60,563 nt of DNA. It comes from a virus (lineage: Duplodnaviria; Caudoviricetes). The stretch spans positions 1 through 60,563 of IMG/VR virus record IMGVR_UViG_3300032227_001790. The stretch is one strand, 5' to 3'. Positions 48,409 to 56,465 of the stretch are shown here, piece after piece (the first letter of the stretch is position 1; every line of letters begins with the position of its first letter). Below the pieces are notes generated by a model, which did no database searches, was not told the origin of the DNA, and was given only the letters and a program-made list of their open reading frames with translations. The translations under genes and the position numbers were made by a program.

Positions 48409-49119
48409 ATGGAACTATTCACACCGGAAGATAAAAAAACCCTAAGAATTACGTCACGATATTTAGAGTCTCTCGGAATTTCATCGGGGTTAGTGGAATT
48501 TAATTTCTATGATGGGTCAGACGATGTTGACTTAGATAAAGAAATTCCTTTTGGGCAACATGAAAAGAATTTTAGTAATCATCATAACATAGAGGTTCCT
48601 GAACCTATCTACCCTATAATTGATAAAATTTTAATGTATTGTAACGATAAAATGACATTCAAAAATGTTTATGTCGACTATTTGAACTATGTTACGCTAT
48701 CGATAGATATTGATGTTGATATGAAGATGGTATCCGCGACCAAATACTGTGGATATACTGATTCTGGTAGTGAAGATGGAACCACATGGGATTCACAAGA
48801 AGATGAAGAGGTTAAAAAATTACTTGAAATGCTTTCAGAAGAAAGTGAGGATTCGAGTTTATTAGTGTTAAGATATAATGGTGGTGGTGATAGTGGATAT
48901 ATTGAGGACAATTTTGAAAATCAATTGGATGTTCCTGCATCAGTTGAAGATTGGTGTTACCAACAATTAGAAAACAATCATGGCGGTTGGGAAATAAATG
49001 AAGGCTCTTCAGGATATTTTGAGTTTGACCTAAAAAATGGTTTAATTCATTTGTACCATACCATGAACGAAGAGTTCAATGTTAGTGACACTATTTTTGA
49101 AGAAAGTTTTGCAAAATAA
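48409..49119 (+). CDS. DUF6878-like acidic protein
   Basis: YNGGGDSGYIE and GWEINEGSSG. Confidence 0.7.
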   Translation: MELFTPEDKKTLRITSRYLESLGISSGLVEFNFYDGSDDVDLDKEIPFGQHEKNFSNHHNIEVPEPIYPIIDKILMYCNDKMTFKNVYVDYLNYVTLSIDIDVDMKMVSATKYCGYTDSGSEDGTTWDSQEDEEVKKLLEMLSEESEDSSLLVLRYNGGGDSGYIEDNFENQLDVPASVEDWCYQQLENNHGGWEINEGSSGYFEFDLKNGLIHLYHTMNEEFNVSDTIFEESFAK

Positions 49120-49138
49120 AATACTTTTCTTATCTTTG
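49108..49138 (+). promoter_or_regulatory. Bacteroidetes-type promoter for tRNA-Leu
   Basis: TTTG 49108-49111, 19 nt, TATCTTTG 49131-49138. Confidence 0.75.
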
Positions 49139-49151
49139 TAATCAATTAAAT

Positions 49152-49264
49152 ACCTTGGTGGTGGAATAGGTAGACACGCTGGACTTACGGGAGCTTCAAC
49201 TCGTCGCACCGTAAAATCCTGTGAACCGAAAAAGTTCGTGCGGGTTCGATTCCCGCCTGAGGTA
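49152..49264 (+). tRNA. tRNA-Leu(TAA) with 26-nt insertion in the anticodon loop
   Basis: ACCTTGG/CTGAGGT acceptor, Leu-type D loop and variable arm; GGACTT[26 nt]AAAATCC. Confidence 0.85.
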
Positions 49265-49302
49265 CAATTGATTTTTTATATTTTTTTACTATTTATTATA
49301 TT

Positions 49303-49398
49303 ATGAACAACAATTTGAGACATAATATTAATGTAGAACAACAAAATACTTGTTGGTGTCAACATATGCTCAAGTGTAGTTCAAATCAAATTAGTTAA
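49303..49398 (+). CDS. 31-aa leader-like peptide
   Basis: MNNNLRHNINVEQQNTCWCQHMLKCSSNQIS*; TATTTAT upstream, terminator downstream. Confidence 0.4.
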   Translation: MNNNLRHNINVEQQNTCWCQHMLKCSSNQIS

Positions 49399-49421
49399 GT
49401 TCCTGAAGACTTATATACACG

Positions 49422-49457
49422 ACCCCGAACTACAGAAATGTATTCGGGGTTTTTTTA
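49422..49457 (+). terminator. intrinsic terminator
   Basis: ACCCCGAA...TTCGGGGT plus T-run. Confidence 0.8.
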
Positions 49458-49495
49458 TTTTTGGTTCTTTGAGATATAGTTCGTAAATTTGTAAC

Positions 49496-49729
49496 ATGAA
49501 AGCAATATTAGAATTTAATTTACCTGAAGACAACCAAGACTTCCAACTTGCCTCAAACGCAATGAAATTTTGGTCTGTGTTGTATGAGTTGGACCAAGAC
49601 CTAAGGTCAAAAACTAAGTATGCACCTGACAGCTTACCACAAGACAAGTATGATGCATATGAGGAAGTTAGGGAAATGTTACATGAACTGATGAGAAATG
49701 AAAATATTAGTTTAGATATGGTCTCATAG
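49496..49729 (+). CDS. conserved phage hypothetical protein
   Basis: MKAILEFNLPED; TAAATTTG promoter 49484-49491. Confidence 0.8.
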   Translation: MKAILEFNLPEDNQDFQLASNAMKFWSVLYELDQDLRSKTKYAPDSLPQDKYDAYEEVREMLHELMRNENISLDMVS

Positions 49730-49741
49730 GTTAATATGAAT

Positions 49742-49812
49742 GGTCGGGTGGCCGAGTGGTTAGGCTGAAGTCTGCAAAACTTCCTACCCCAGTTCGAACC
49801 TGGGTCCGACCT
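49742..49812 (+). tRNA. tRNA-Cys(GCA)
   Basis: GAAGT-CTGCAAA-ACTTC; U discriminator. Confidence 0.95.
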
Positions 49813-49819
49813 CAGTAAT

Positions 49820-49892
49820 ACGTGCGTAGCTCAATTGGTAGAGTACTAGTCTCCAAAACTAGGAGTTTCAGGTTCGAGTCCTGACGTGCGTG
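49820..49892 (+). tRNA. tRNA-Trp(CCA)
   Basis: CTAGT-CTCCAAA-ACTAG; canonical arms. Confidence 0.95.
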
Positions 49893-49895
49893 CAT

Positions 49896-50023
49896 AGGTT
49901 GATTGGGGAATGATGATATGATATACCTGTTAATGGTTGGAAGTTAATGTCATCGGAGTTGAAATTATCATAGTAATGCCAATCGTAAAAGGAGTTGTCC
50001 ACTCGACCATCTTCTCCTTTCCT
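49896..50023 (+). ncRNA. candidate ~128-nt structured RNA between tRNA-Trp and tRNA-Asn
   Basis: Nested stems GATTGG/CCAATC, ATGATGAT/ATTATCAT, ATGATAT/ATGTCAT, then AAAGGAG/CTCCTTT. Confidence 0.6.
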
Positions 50024-50027
50024 TAAA

Positions 50028-50099
50028 GTCTCCTTAGCTCAGTGGTAGAGCATCTCGCTGTTAACGAGAGGGCCTAAGGTTCGAAACCTTGAGGGGACG
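50028..50099 (+). tRNA. tRNA-Asn(GTT)
   Basis: TCTCG-CTGTTAA-CGAGA; canonical arms. Confidence 0.95.
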
Positions 50100-50239
50100 C
50101 AAAAAATTAAAATATTATGAAAATTTTATTTACAAAAATCAAAAATAAATTTGTAGAATTTTACAACTTTCTTAAGTTTGTCGAAAAGAAAAGACTCGAA
50201 CTCATGGAAAGAGCAACATGGGGAAAATTCTGAAATTTT

Positions 50240-50458
50240 ATGAGAAAAAAACGACCATTATTCAAATTATTACTATTTTGTTCGGTTTATAATTTGTTAT
50301 CTTGTAATGTATCAAATCCCAAAGTTATAGGTTCAAGTAATCTATTTAGGGAAGTTACTTTTAGTGGATGTGAATACTATCAAATCGAGTATGGTATCGG
50401 TGAAGGAAGTGTTTACAGATTAATACATAAAGATAGTTGTAAAAATCATCATAAATGA
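50240..50458 (+). CDS. small lipoprotein-like protein
   Basis: LLSC; GCEY...HKDSCKN. Confidence 0.6.
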   Translation: MRKKRPLFKLLLFCSVYNLLSCNVSNPKVIGSSNLFREVTFSGCEYYQIEYGIGEGSVYRLIHKDSCKNHHK

Positions 50459-50492
50459 TAAAAATCCGGAGATACAAATAAGTTCAAAATAT

Positions 50493-50564
50493 GACCTTAT
50501 AGTATAACGGATAGTATGTCTCACTTCGAATGAGCTGGTTTAGGTTCGAATCCTAATGGGGTCA
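50493..50564 (+). tRNA. tRNA-Arg(TCG)
   Basis: CTCA-CTTCGAA-TGAG; A20 present in D loop. Confidence 0.9.
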
Positions 50565-50580
50565 CTCTAAAAAAATAGAA

Positions 50581-51264
50581 ATGGATAATCTTAACTTAGA
50601 AAATTTTGATTGGGGAAATTCTTCAGAATGGTACAAGTCATTTATTGGAGATGAAATTTTCAATCAAAGAATTTACGAAAAATTTTTCACTGTAGATGAA
50701 GGTGATATTGTTATGGACGTTGGTGCCAGCACAGGAATTTTTACATATTCTATTTTGAATAATAATCCTAAACATGTCTTTTGTGTTGAACCAAGCTTTG
50801 ACCAATTTCTTACCTTGAACAAAAACACTATAAAAGGAAATGTTACATGTATTAACAAAGCAATTTCAAGCGACATTGGAGTTAGTGATAAAATTGAGGC
50901 GTATAATGATAAAGAATTACAACACTATACAATCACATTCAAAAAGTTTTTAGAAAACTATAATGTTCAAAAGATAGATTTTATAAAAACAGACTGTGAA
51001 GGAGGTGAATACGATATTTTTAACGTTGAAAATCTTATATGGATTAAAGAAAACGTTAGAAAAGTTGCAGGTGAATTTCATTTGGGACAATTCAACGGGG
51101 TTGACCTCACAAGTCGATTCAAGGTTTTTAGAGATGTTTATTTGAGAGTATTCGATAACTTTCAGGTTCTTTCTATAGACGGTGTTGATATCAAATGGGA
51201 ATTATGGACAGAAAATTTTACAAATTATTATAAACAGGTTTTAATTTATATTGATAATAGATAA
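50581..51264 (+). CDS. FkbM-family methyltransferase
   Basis: MDVGASTG, VEP, IKTDCEGGEY. Confidence 0.9.
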   Translation: MDNLNLENFDWGNSSEWYKSFIGDEIFNQRIYEKFFTVDEGDIVMDVGASTGIFTYSILNNNPKHVFCVEPSFDQFLTLNKNTIKGNVTCINKAISSDIGVSDKIEAYNDKELQHYTITFKKFLENYNVQKIDFIKTDCEGGEYDIFNVENLIWIKENVRKVAGEFHLGQFNGVDLTSRFKVFRDVYLRVFDNFQVLSIDGVDIKWELWTENFTNYYKQVLIYIDNR

Positions 51265-51311
51265 AATATTTGACTCACTTTTTTTTCAAATTATAATTAT
51301 AAATGTTAGCA

Positions 51312-51382
51312 GGGTGGTTCGTTTAGCGGTAAGACAATTGACTCCGACTCAGTTAAGGTAGGTTCGACTCCTACACCATCCA
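51312..51382 (+). tRNA. tRNA with CCG anticodon (nominal Arg, atypical body)
   Basis: GGGTGGT/ACCATCC, ATTGA-CTCCGAC-TCAGT, GGTTCGACTCC. Confidence 0.8.
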
Positions 51383-51451
51383 CAGAACTTATTGTTCATT
51401 GAAATAAAAACGTTTCTGATACTTCGTGTTATAAATTTAATTATATTTGTA

Positions 51452-51540
51452 ACAGGACGTATACTCCTCCCATGGGGGGGTAGACTCTCGCTAGAGTTGT
51501 TGTCTTGATGGTGACAGCTCAGAATCACGAGTCGGAGTAA
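51452..51540 (+). ncRNA. candidate structured RNA / 5' leader
   Basis: Follows TATATTTG promoter; GAGTTGTTGTC/GGTGACAGCTC hairpin inside GACTC/GAGTC. Confidence 0.5.
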
Positions 51541-51578
51541 CCGTATTAGAAATAATTTTATAATTAAAACCAAATATT

Positions 51579-51878
51579 ATGTTATTACAAGTTATTAAAA
51601 TGTCAGACGAAGTGACAGTTAGTTCACTTCCACACCCAATCTCGATGTTCTTTTTAGGTATCTTTGCAATTACCATCATCTTCATGTGGATTGAGGTAAA
51701 TCGAGGTACTAAAAGAAAGGATAAACTTTTGTCAGATATGGAAAGTTTAAAAAAAGATTATTCCGACTACAAATCAGAAATGAGTCAGAAGTTTACAGAA
51801 TTATCAAAAAAAATTGACTCTAGAGTAGACAAAGCTGTTGTAAGTTTAAAAAAACAAGGTAAACTTATCAACGAATAA
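51579..51878 (+). CDS. single-TM coiled-coil protein
   Basis: TM, KIDSRVDK. Confidence 0.7.
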   Translation: MLLQVIKMSDEVTVSSLPHPISMFFLGIFAITIIFMWIEVNRGTKRKDKLLSDMESLKKDYSDYKSEMSQKFTELSKKIDSRVDKAVVSLKKQGKLINE

Positions 51879-51926
51879 AAAAAAACTCAGACAATGTCTG
51901 AGTTTTTTCAATTTGTTCCAAAAAGA

Positions 51927-52091
51927 TTACTTCTTTTTTTCAACAATTGACCATACAGTACCTACAAGTCCTAAAACTCCACCGAGTACTTCTTGAACCA
52001 TGGCATCATCAACCAATCCTTTTACAACTAGAATACCACCCGCAAAAGTAATTACGTGTCTAACAATACCTAATACTTGTTCTTTAGTCAT
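51927..52091 (-). CDS. small two-TM putative holin (54 aa, not in ORF track)
   Basis: MTKEQVLGIVRHVITFAGGILVVKG...WSIVEKKK; TATTTAT upstream. Confidence 0.7.
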   Translation of the reverse strand: MTKEQVLGIVRHVITFAGGILVVKGLVDDAMVQEVLGGVLGLVGTVWSIVEKKK

Positions 52092-52301
52092 TTTTGTTTT
52101 ATTTAAAAGTTTATGCCTAATTATAAATATCTAAACTATTCAAAGATGCGAGCACAATACCCAATCTTAAAATTGCTGACGGTGAGTTCAAAGAAATGTC
52201 TTTATTGATGAAAATATAAAATATTTTATAAACCCAACTTGACGATAAAAAAAATATTAGTTACATTTAACATTAGAAAATAAACAAAAAAAAAACAATT
52301 T

Positions 52302-52502
52302 ATGAAAAAGCTAGTCTTAATTCTTTCTGTTTTCGCTCTTGCATCTTGCGGTGGTTCATCTACATCTTCTGAATCTGTTGTTGACTCTACTGTAGTTGAT
52401 TCTGTTGTTGTAGATACAACTTCTGTTGTTGATACTACAGCGACTGTGGTTGACCCTGTTTCATCTGGTGGCGGTAGCCAAGACGGTAGTATCATCAAAT
52501 AA
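52302..52502 (+). CDS. small lipoprotein with VVD(S/T) repeats
   Basis: Lipobox LASC; DST/DSV/DTT/DTT. Confidence 0.8.
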   Translation: MKKLVLILSVFALASCGGSSTSSESVVDSTVVDSVVVDTTSVVDTTATVVDPVSSGGGSQDGSIIK

Positions 52503-52541
52503 TGATACAACAAAAAACCCATCTTTTGATGGGTTTTTTTA

Positions 52542-54425
52542 TTATAATATTCTTTTAATCCTTTCTATTTGTTCTTTTAATTTTTTCGAATATGTAGGAG
52601 ACCCTTGAGCCATCCAATCGTCTGGTTGTGTTTTTTCAGTAGGAGATGACCATCTTTTTTGTTTTAGGTTACCAGTTTCATCGTATTGGTCTTCAAACCA
52701 TTTTACAGGAGTTGTAAGTATATTACCTAATATCCTACCCCAAGCATTATTATAATAAAGTTTAGGTTCTGATTTAATTCCCTTAGAAGCCAGTTTCTCA
52801 CTTTTAGTGATTTCTTTTTTTACATAATTATCAATATAAACTCTTGAACCAGATTCATCAAACAGAGAAATCGTCACATCAGTATCTGTTTTTCCTAACA
52901 TATCTCCTTTTGATACTTTATTACCATTTCTGACACTTGGTTTACTAATTCCACAATATTCAAGGGTAAAGGTATCTCCATCCATCTTATGAGATATAGA
53001 TATTTGATTTACACATGAAGGATTATATTTTCCTCTTGTAACTATCCCATCAATCGGACTTTTAATTTTTTCATTTTTTTCTTTTGGCAAAGTAATAGAG
53101 CCATATCTCGATTGCTGTGATTTACCGAAGTCACCGTAGACTTTTTCTTCTTTAATTTCGTTTTCAAATTTAATATTCACAGAGCTTGATAGTAAATCTG
53201 CCAATTCTTTGTTTCCATAGAATATTTTTGAACTTGATTTTTGAGTACCGGTAGAATTTAATGCATTTATACCCGAAGAATAATCAATTTCACCCTCAAT
53301 TGAATCTTCGTCTGAAGTTGTAAATGAATCCGACTTTATTGAACTATCGTATGTGATGTCTGCAGCATTAAACTTTTCCATATAATGAGCTGGGTCAACT
53401 TTTTGACCATTTTTTTTCAATGTGAAATGTAAATGTGGTCCTGTTGACCTTCCTTTGCCATAATCACCAGCTCCTCCACCACTCAATCCAACAACATCAC
53501 CTCTATTAACTAAATCACCTACTTTCACATTTATCTGTTTCATATGACAGAATCTTGACCAAAATCCATCACTATACTCAATATCTATTGTACCACCACA
53601 TGGATGTCTATTGGAATGAACACCAACTACTTTACCTGATAATGGGGATTTTACAGGAGTCCCTGAAGGTATGGGTATATCTGTACCTGGATGAATGTAT
53701 CCACCTTTTCTCACCTGTGAAAAATTCCCTTTGAATCCTGGTTGAATAGGTACAGGAGCCATCATTGTAACTTCATTTATTGATTTCATTTCTTCAGTTG
53801 ATTCTAATTTATATTTGTCACCTAAAACTAAATCGGCGAATGATTTATTTCCGTAATATACTTCACTATCAGTGGATGCTGAGCTACTTCCTGTTCCACC
53901 TGTCATTGTTCCTGAACCTTTCTTTAAAATAACATTACAATAAGCGTCAACTAGTTTTTTGATATCTCCAGTCTCCAATGCGAGATGAACGTGAACAGGC
54001 CAATTGGGGTCTTCAGCGGGTTTTCCAATTTTACCTAGTAAATCTCCTTGGGATATTTTTTGCCCTTGTTTTACTTTCGGACCTATTGAAGACAAATGAG
54101 TGTAATATATTTTATCCCCTTCAGTATTCATCTCGATAGAATACCCGTATTCTTTGGTTTCAGGATTGTGTTTTTTCTGTTCTACTCTTGTAATTACTCC
54201 ATTGTCTATTGCGTAGACACTTGTTCCATCAGAACCCATAATGTCCCAAGCTCTATTTACCTGCCATGTTTTTGGATTGTATGATGCGTGTCCATCAGGA
54301 CCTCCGCCCCATTTGCAACTTGCACCTCCGAAAATATGAACTTTTTTTTCTTGTTCCTTTAGAAGAGATTTTGTTTTTAAAATCTCTGAATAAATTTCAC
54401 TGATGTTTAATAATATATTGTCCAT
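52542..54425 (-). CDS. multi-domain M23 peptidase (three M23-like repeats)
   Basis: Middle domain intact (HPGTD, STGPHLHF); first partly, third fully degenerate; C-terminal LKEQIERIKRIL. Confidence 0.88.
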   Translation of the reverse strand: MDNILLNISEIYSEILKTKSLLKEQEKKVHIFGGASCKWGGGPDGHASYNPKTWQVNRAWDIMGSDGTSVYAIDNGVITRVEQKKHNPETKEYGYSIEMNTEGDKIYYTHLSSIGPKVKQGQKISQGDLLGKIGKPAEDPNWPVHVHLALETGDIKKLVDAYCNVILKKGSGTMTGGTGSSSASTDSEVYYGNKSFADLVLGDKYKLESTEEMKSINEVTMMAPVPIQPGFKGNFSQVRKGGYIHPGTDIPIPSGTPVKSPLSGKVVGVHSNRHPCGGTIDIEYSDGFWSRFCHMKQINVKVGDLVNRGDVVGLSGGGAGDYGKGRSTGPHLHFTLKKNGQKVDPAHYMEKFNAADITYDSSIKSDSFTTSDEDSIEGEIDYSSGINALNSTGTQKSSSKIFYGNKELADLLSSSVNIKFENEIKEEKVYGDFGKSQQSRYGSITLPKEKNEKIKSPIDGIVTRGKYNPSCVNQISISHKMDGDTFTLEYCGISKPSVRNGNKVSKGDMLGKTDTDVTISLFDESGSRVYIDNYVKKEITKSEKLASKGIKSEPKLYYNNAWGRILGNILTTPVKWFEDQYDETGNLKQKRWSSPTEKTQPDDWMAQGSPTYSKKLKEQIERIKRIL

Positions 54426-54446
54426 TGACAATAAATACCAAAAAAA

Positions 54447-54674
54447 TTAGAAAATCCTATCAGAGGTATAGTCGATTTTCTGTTTGTATTTATCCCAAAT
54501 ACTTTCATGAAGAAAATACAAAATTGGTTTGAGTATTAATTCACCTAATCCTAAAATTACCGCCCAATTAATTTCAAGGCCTAATATTAATGAAAGGACA
54601 ACTGTGGTTAAAGAACCAACGATTCTGTAACTTATAGTTTTATAGATTTGTATGTTGATATTTTTTCTACTCAT
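54447..54674 (-). CDS. DUF2061-like membrane protein
   Basis: KTISYRIVGS...LYFLHESIW. Confidence 0.8.
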   Translation of the reverse strand: MSRKNINIQIYKTISYRIVGSLTTVVLSLILGLEINWAVILGLGELILKPILYFLHESIWDKYKQKIDYTSDRIF

Positions 54675-55194
54675 TCGATAAAAAATAAACGATTCCTTTA
54701 CTCCAATAATCCCCGAATGTACATTCTTCTTCTTTGTATTTGAATGATGAAACTAATTCTATTCCTTCTATTTCTGTGAAGTGTATTTCCAAAAACTCAG
54801 GTTCGAACTTTTCACCTTCAAACTCCAAAGTGAAAAAGGTTCCCTTGATGTTATCGTTAACGTAAAGTTTATTCTTTTGGTAAATTTCGGTGGTGGAGGT
54901 TTGATTGGAAATAGTTTCTGAAAAGATTAATGAATTTATTTCATCGGAAAATACTTCTGTTTCATTATCTTGTTGTGTGACTGTAAACCTTGAATTCTCA
55001 GGATGAGCTCCAATATAGATTTCATCACTTTCTATTAGACTAAAGGTGTCGTCAAATTCTAAAATATCTGCAACATCTTCTAAAGTACACTCATCGAGGT
55101 TGAGGTGATTCAATTTTTCCTTTTGTTCTGAAGAAATGTTGTGCGTATTGATTTCTGAACCTCTTCCATGAATGTCGATGGTGAATTTTGGCAT
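54667..55194 (-). CDS. acidic hypothetical protein
   Basis: ORF from MPKF; GRGSE and KGTFF motifs. Confidence 0.7.
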   Translation of the reverse strand: MPKFTIDIHGRGSEINTHNISSEQKEKLNHLNLDECTLEDVADILEFDDTFSLIESDEIYIGAHPENSRFTVTQQDNETEVFSDEINSLIFSETISNQTSTTEIYQKNKLYVNDNIKGTFFTLEFEGEKFEPEFLEIHFTEIEGIELVSSFKYKEEECTFGDYWSKGIVYFLSNE

Positions 55195-55224
55195 GTTATT
55201 TTTTTTTATAAAGGTAAATAAAAA

Positions 55225-55303
55225 AGTGGTCAGGGACAAGTGGTAAAAACCTAGGAGTCGACTTCCTTTCACTGCTGCAGACAGCTACACTTGTATGACC
55301 ACT
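55225..55303 (-). ncRNA. candidate ~80-nt three-way-junction RNA
   Basis: AGTGGTCA/TGACCACT and ACAAGTG/CACTTGT stems enclosing GCTG/CAGC and AGGA/TCCT hairpins. Confidence 0.5.
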
Positions 55304-55420
55304 ACACGTTAAAAATAGATTATGTCACCAGATTCCCACTCTTCATGAGTTTCCTCTGGATTTGGGTCAAGTTCTACCTTGTAATCAAAAACATAAAACA
55401 TATTATCTAACGGTTTGCTG

Positions 55421-55493
55421 AGCCACCTGCCGGACTCGAACCAGCGACCAGTAGTTTACAAAACTACTGCTCTACCTACTGAGCTAAGGGGGC
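55421..55493 (-). tRNA. tRNA-Thr(TGT)
   Basis: GTAGT-TTTGTAA-ACTAC; canonical arms. Confidence 0.93.
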
Positions 55494-55509
55494 GTTTCTA
55501 TTAAGTATT

Positions 55510-55692
55510 TCAGAAATTAAATTTATTCATCTCCTCGATAGTTTTAAAACCATTTTTCCAATCTTTCCAGACATCGAAATCTTTTAAATCCTCGAGAGTT
55601 TTTTCATGAACTAAAACAAATCCTTCGGGAGCAACCCCTTCGAATTTTTTTGTTTGTCCAACTTCATCTAATATCTTTTTTATATCTATCAT
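55510..55692 (-). CDS. hypothetical protein
   Basis: ORF. Confidence 0.6.
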   Translation of the reverse strand: MIDIKKILDEVGQTKKFEGVAPEGFVLVHEKTLEDLKDFDVWKDWKNGFKTIEEMNKFNF

Positions 55693-56150
55693 TTTCCTTG
55701 AGCGTCTTTTTCAGAAATTACAAGTTCACTATCACCAATTATTTTATAAATCTCAGATTTAATTTCAGGAATAGTATCCCAAACAATACTACGTTCAGAG
55801 TTGGGATTGTATTCACCATCTACAAGGTAAGTGACTATAGTTTCAGGTTCTAATGTAATAAATCCGTGAGCTTTGGTATTGCCAATCAACACAGCTGAGT
55901 TCTCATCAACTTTTATATATTCTACTTCCTTAGTTTTCAAGTCATATATAAAGTCTATTATCGAGCCTTTGATAACTTTCACATACTTGGTTTGAGGAGG
56001 GTTTTCCTGATAATGCATTCCTCTGAAAGTAAACTTATTCTGATTATAACTAATAGAGGATTGTACCCATTTGATGTCCATTACATCGAGCAGGATGGGT
56101 GTATACGAACCCCTATTATCTTTGAACGTAGGTGATTTTAAAAGTTTCAT
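55689..56150 (-). CDS. rmlC: dTDP-4-dehydrorhamnose 3,5-epimerase family protein
   Basis: FKDNRG, FRGMHYQ, AHGFITL, YNP. Confidence 0.88.
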   Translation of the reverse strand: MKLLKSPTFKDNRGSYTPILLDVMDIKWVQSSISYNQNKFTFRGMHYQENPPQTKYVKVIKGSIIDFIYDLKTKEVEYIKVDENSAVLIGNTKAHGFITLEPETIVTYLVDGEYNPNSERSIVWDTIPEIKSEIYKIIGDSELVISEKDAQGK

Positions 56151-56243
56151 AATCAATTGTTTGATTGGAACATAAATATACATATTTATATTCAATTGGT
56201 CAAAGTTTTCTTTGAATAAACTTTTAATATCAATCTATGGAAG

Positions 56244-56465
56244 ATGGAGAGAAACAGAACTTGGAGAAGCATATTTCTCGAAAACATATCTCAGGTATGT
56301 CTTATGTTGGCACTTTTCTTCAATCCGTTTGGGTTCGATGCCGTTCAGTATTCACTAATATTGTGGACAGGAAGTTTATGGAAAGCGAACTTCGTTTTGT
56401 ATTGTATTGCGGCGTTATTTTTTGGATTTTACTATTACTTTCGAAAAAAATCTAAAGTGCCTTAA
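56244..56465 (+). CDS. small membrane protein
   Basis: LFFNPFGFDA, hydrophobic. Confidence 0.6.
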   Translation: MERNRTWRSIFLENISQVCLMLALFFNPFGFDAVQYSLILWTGSLWKANFVLYCIAALFFGFYYYFRKKSKVP

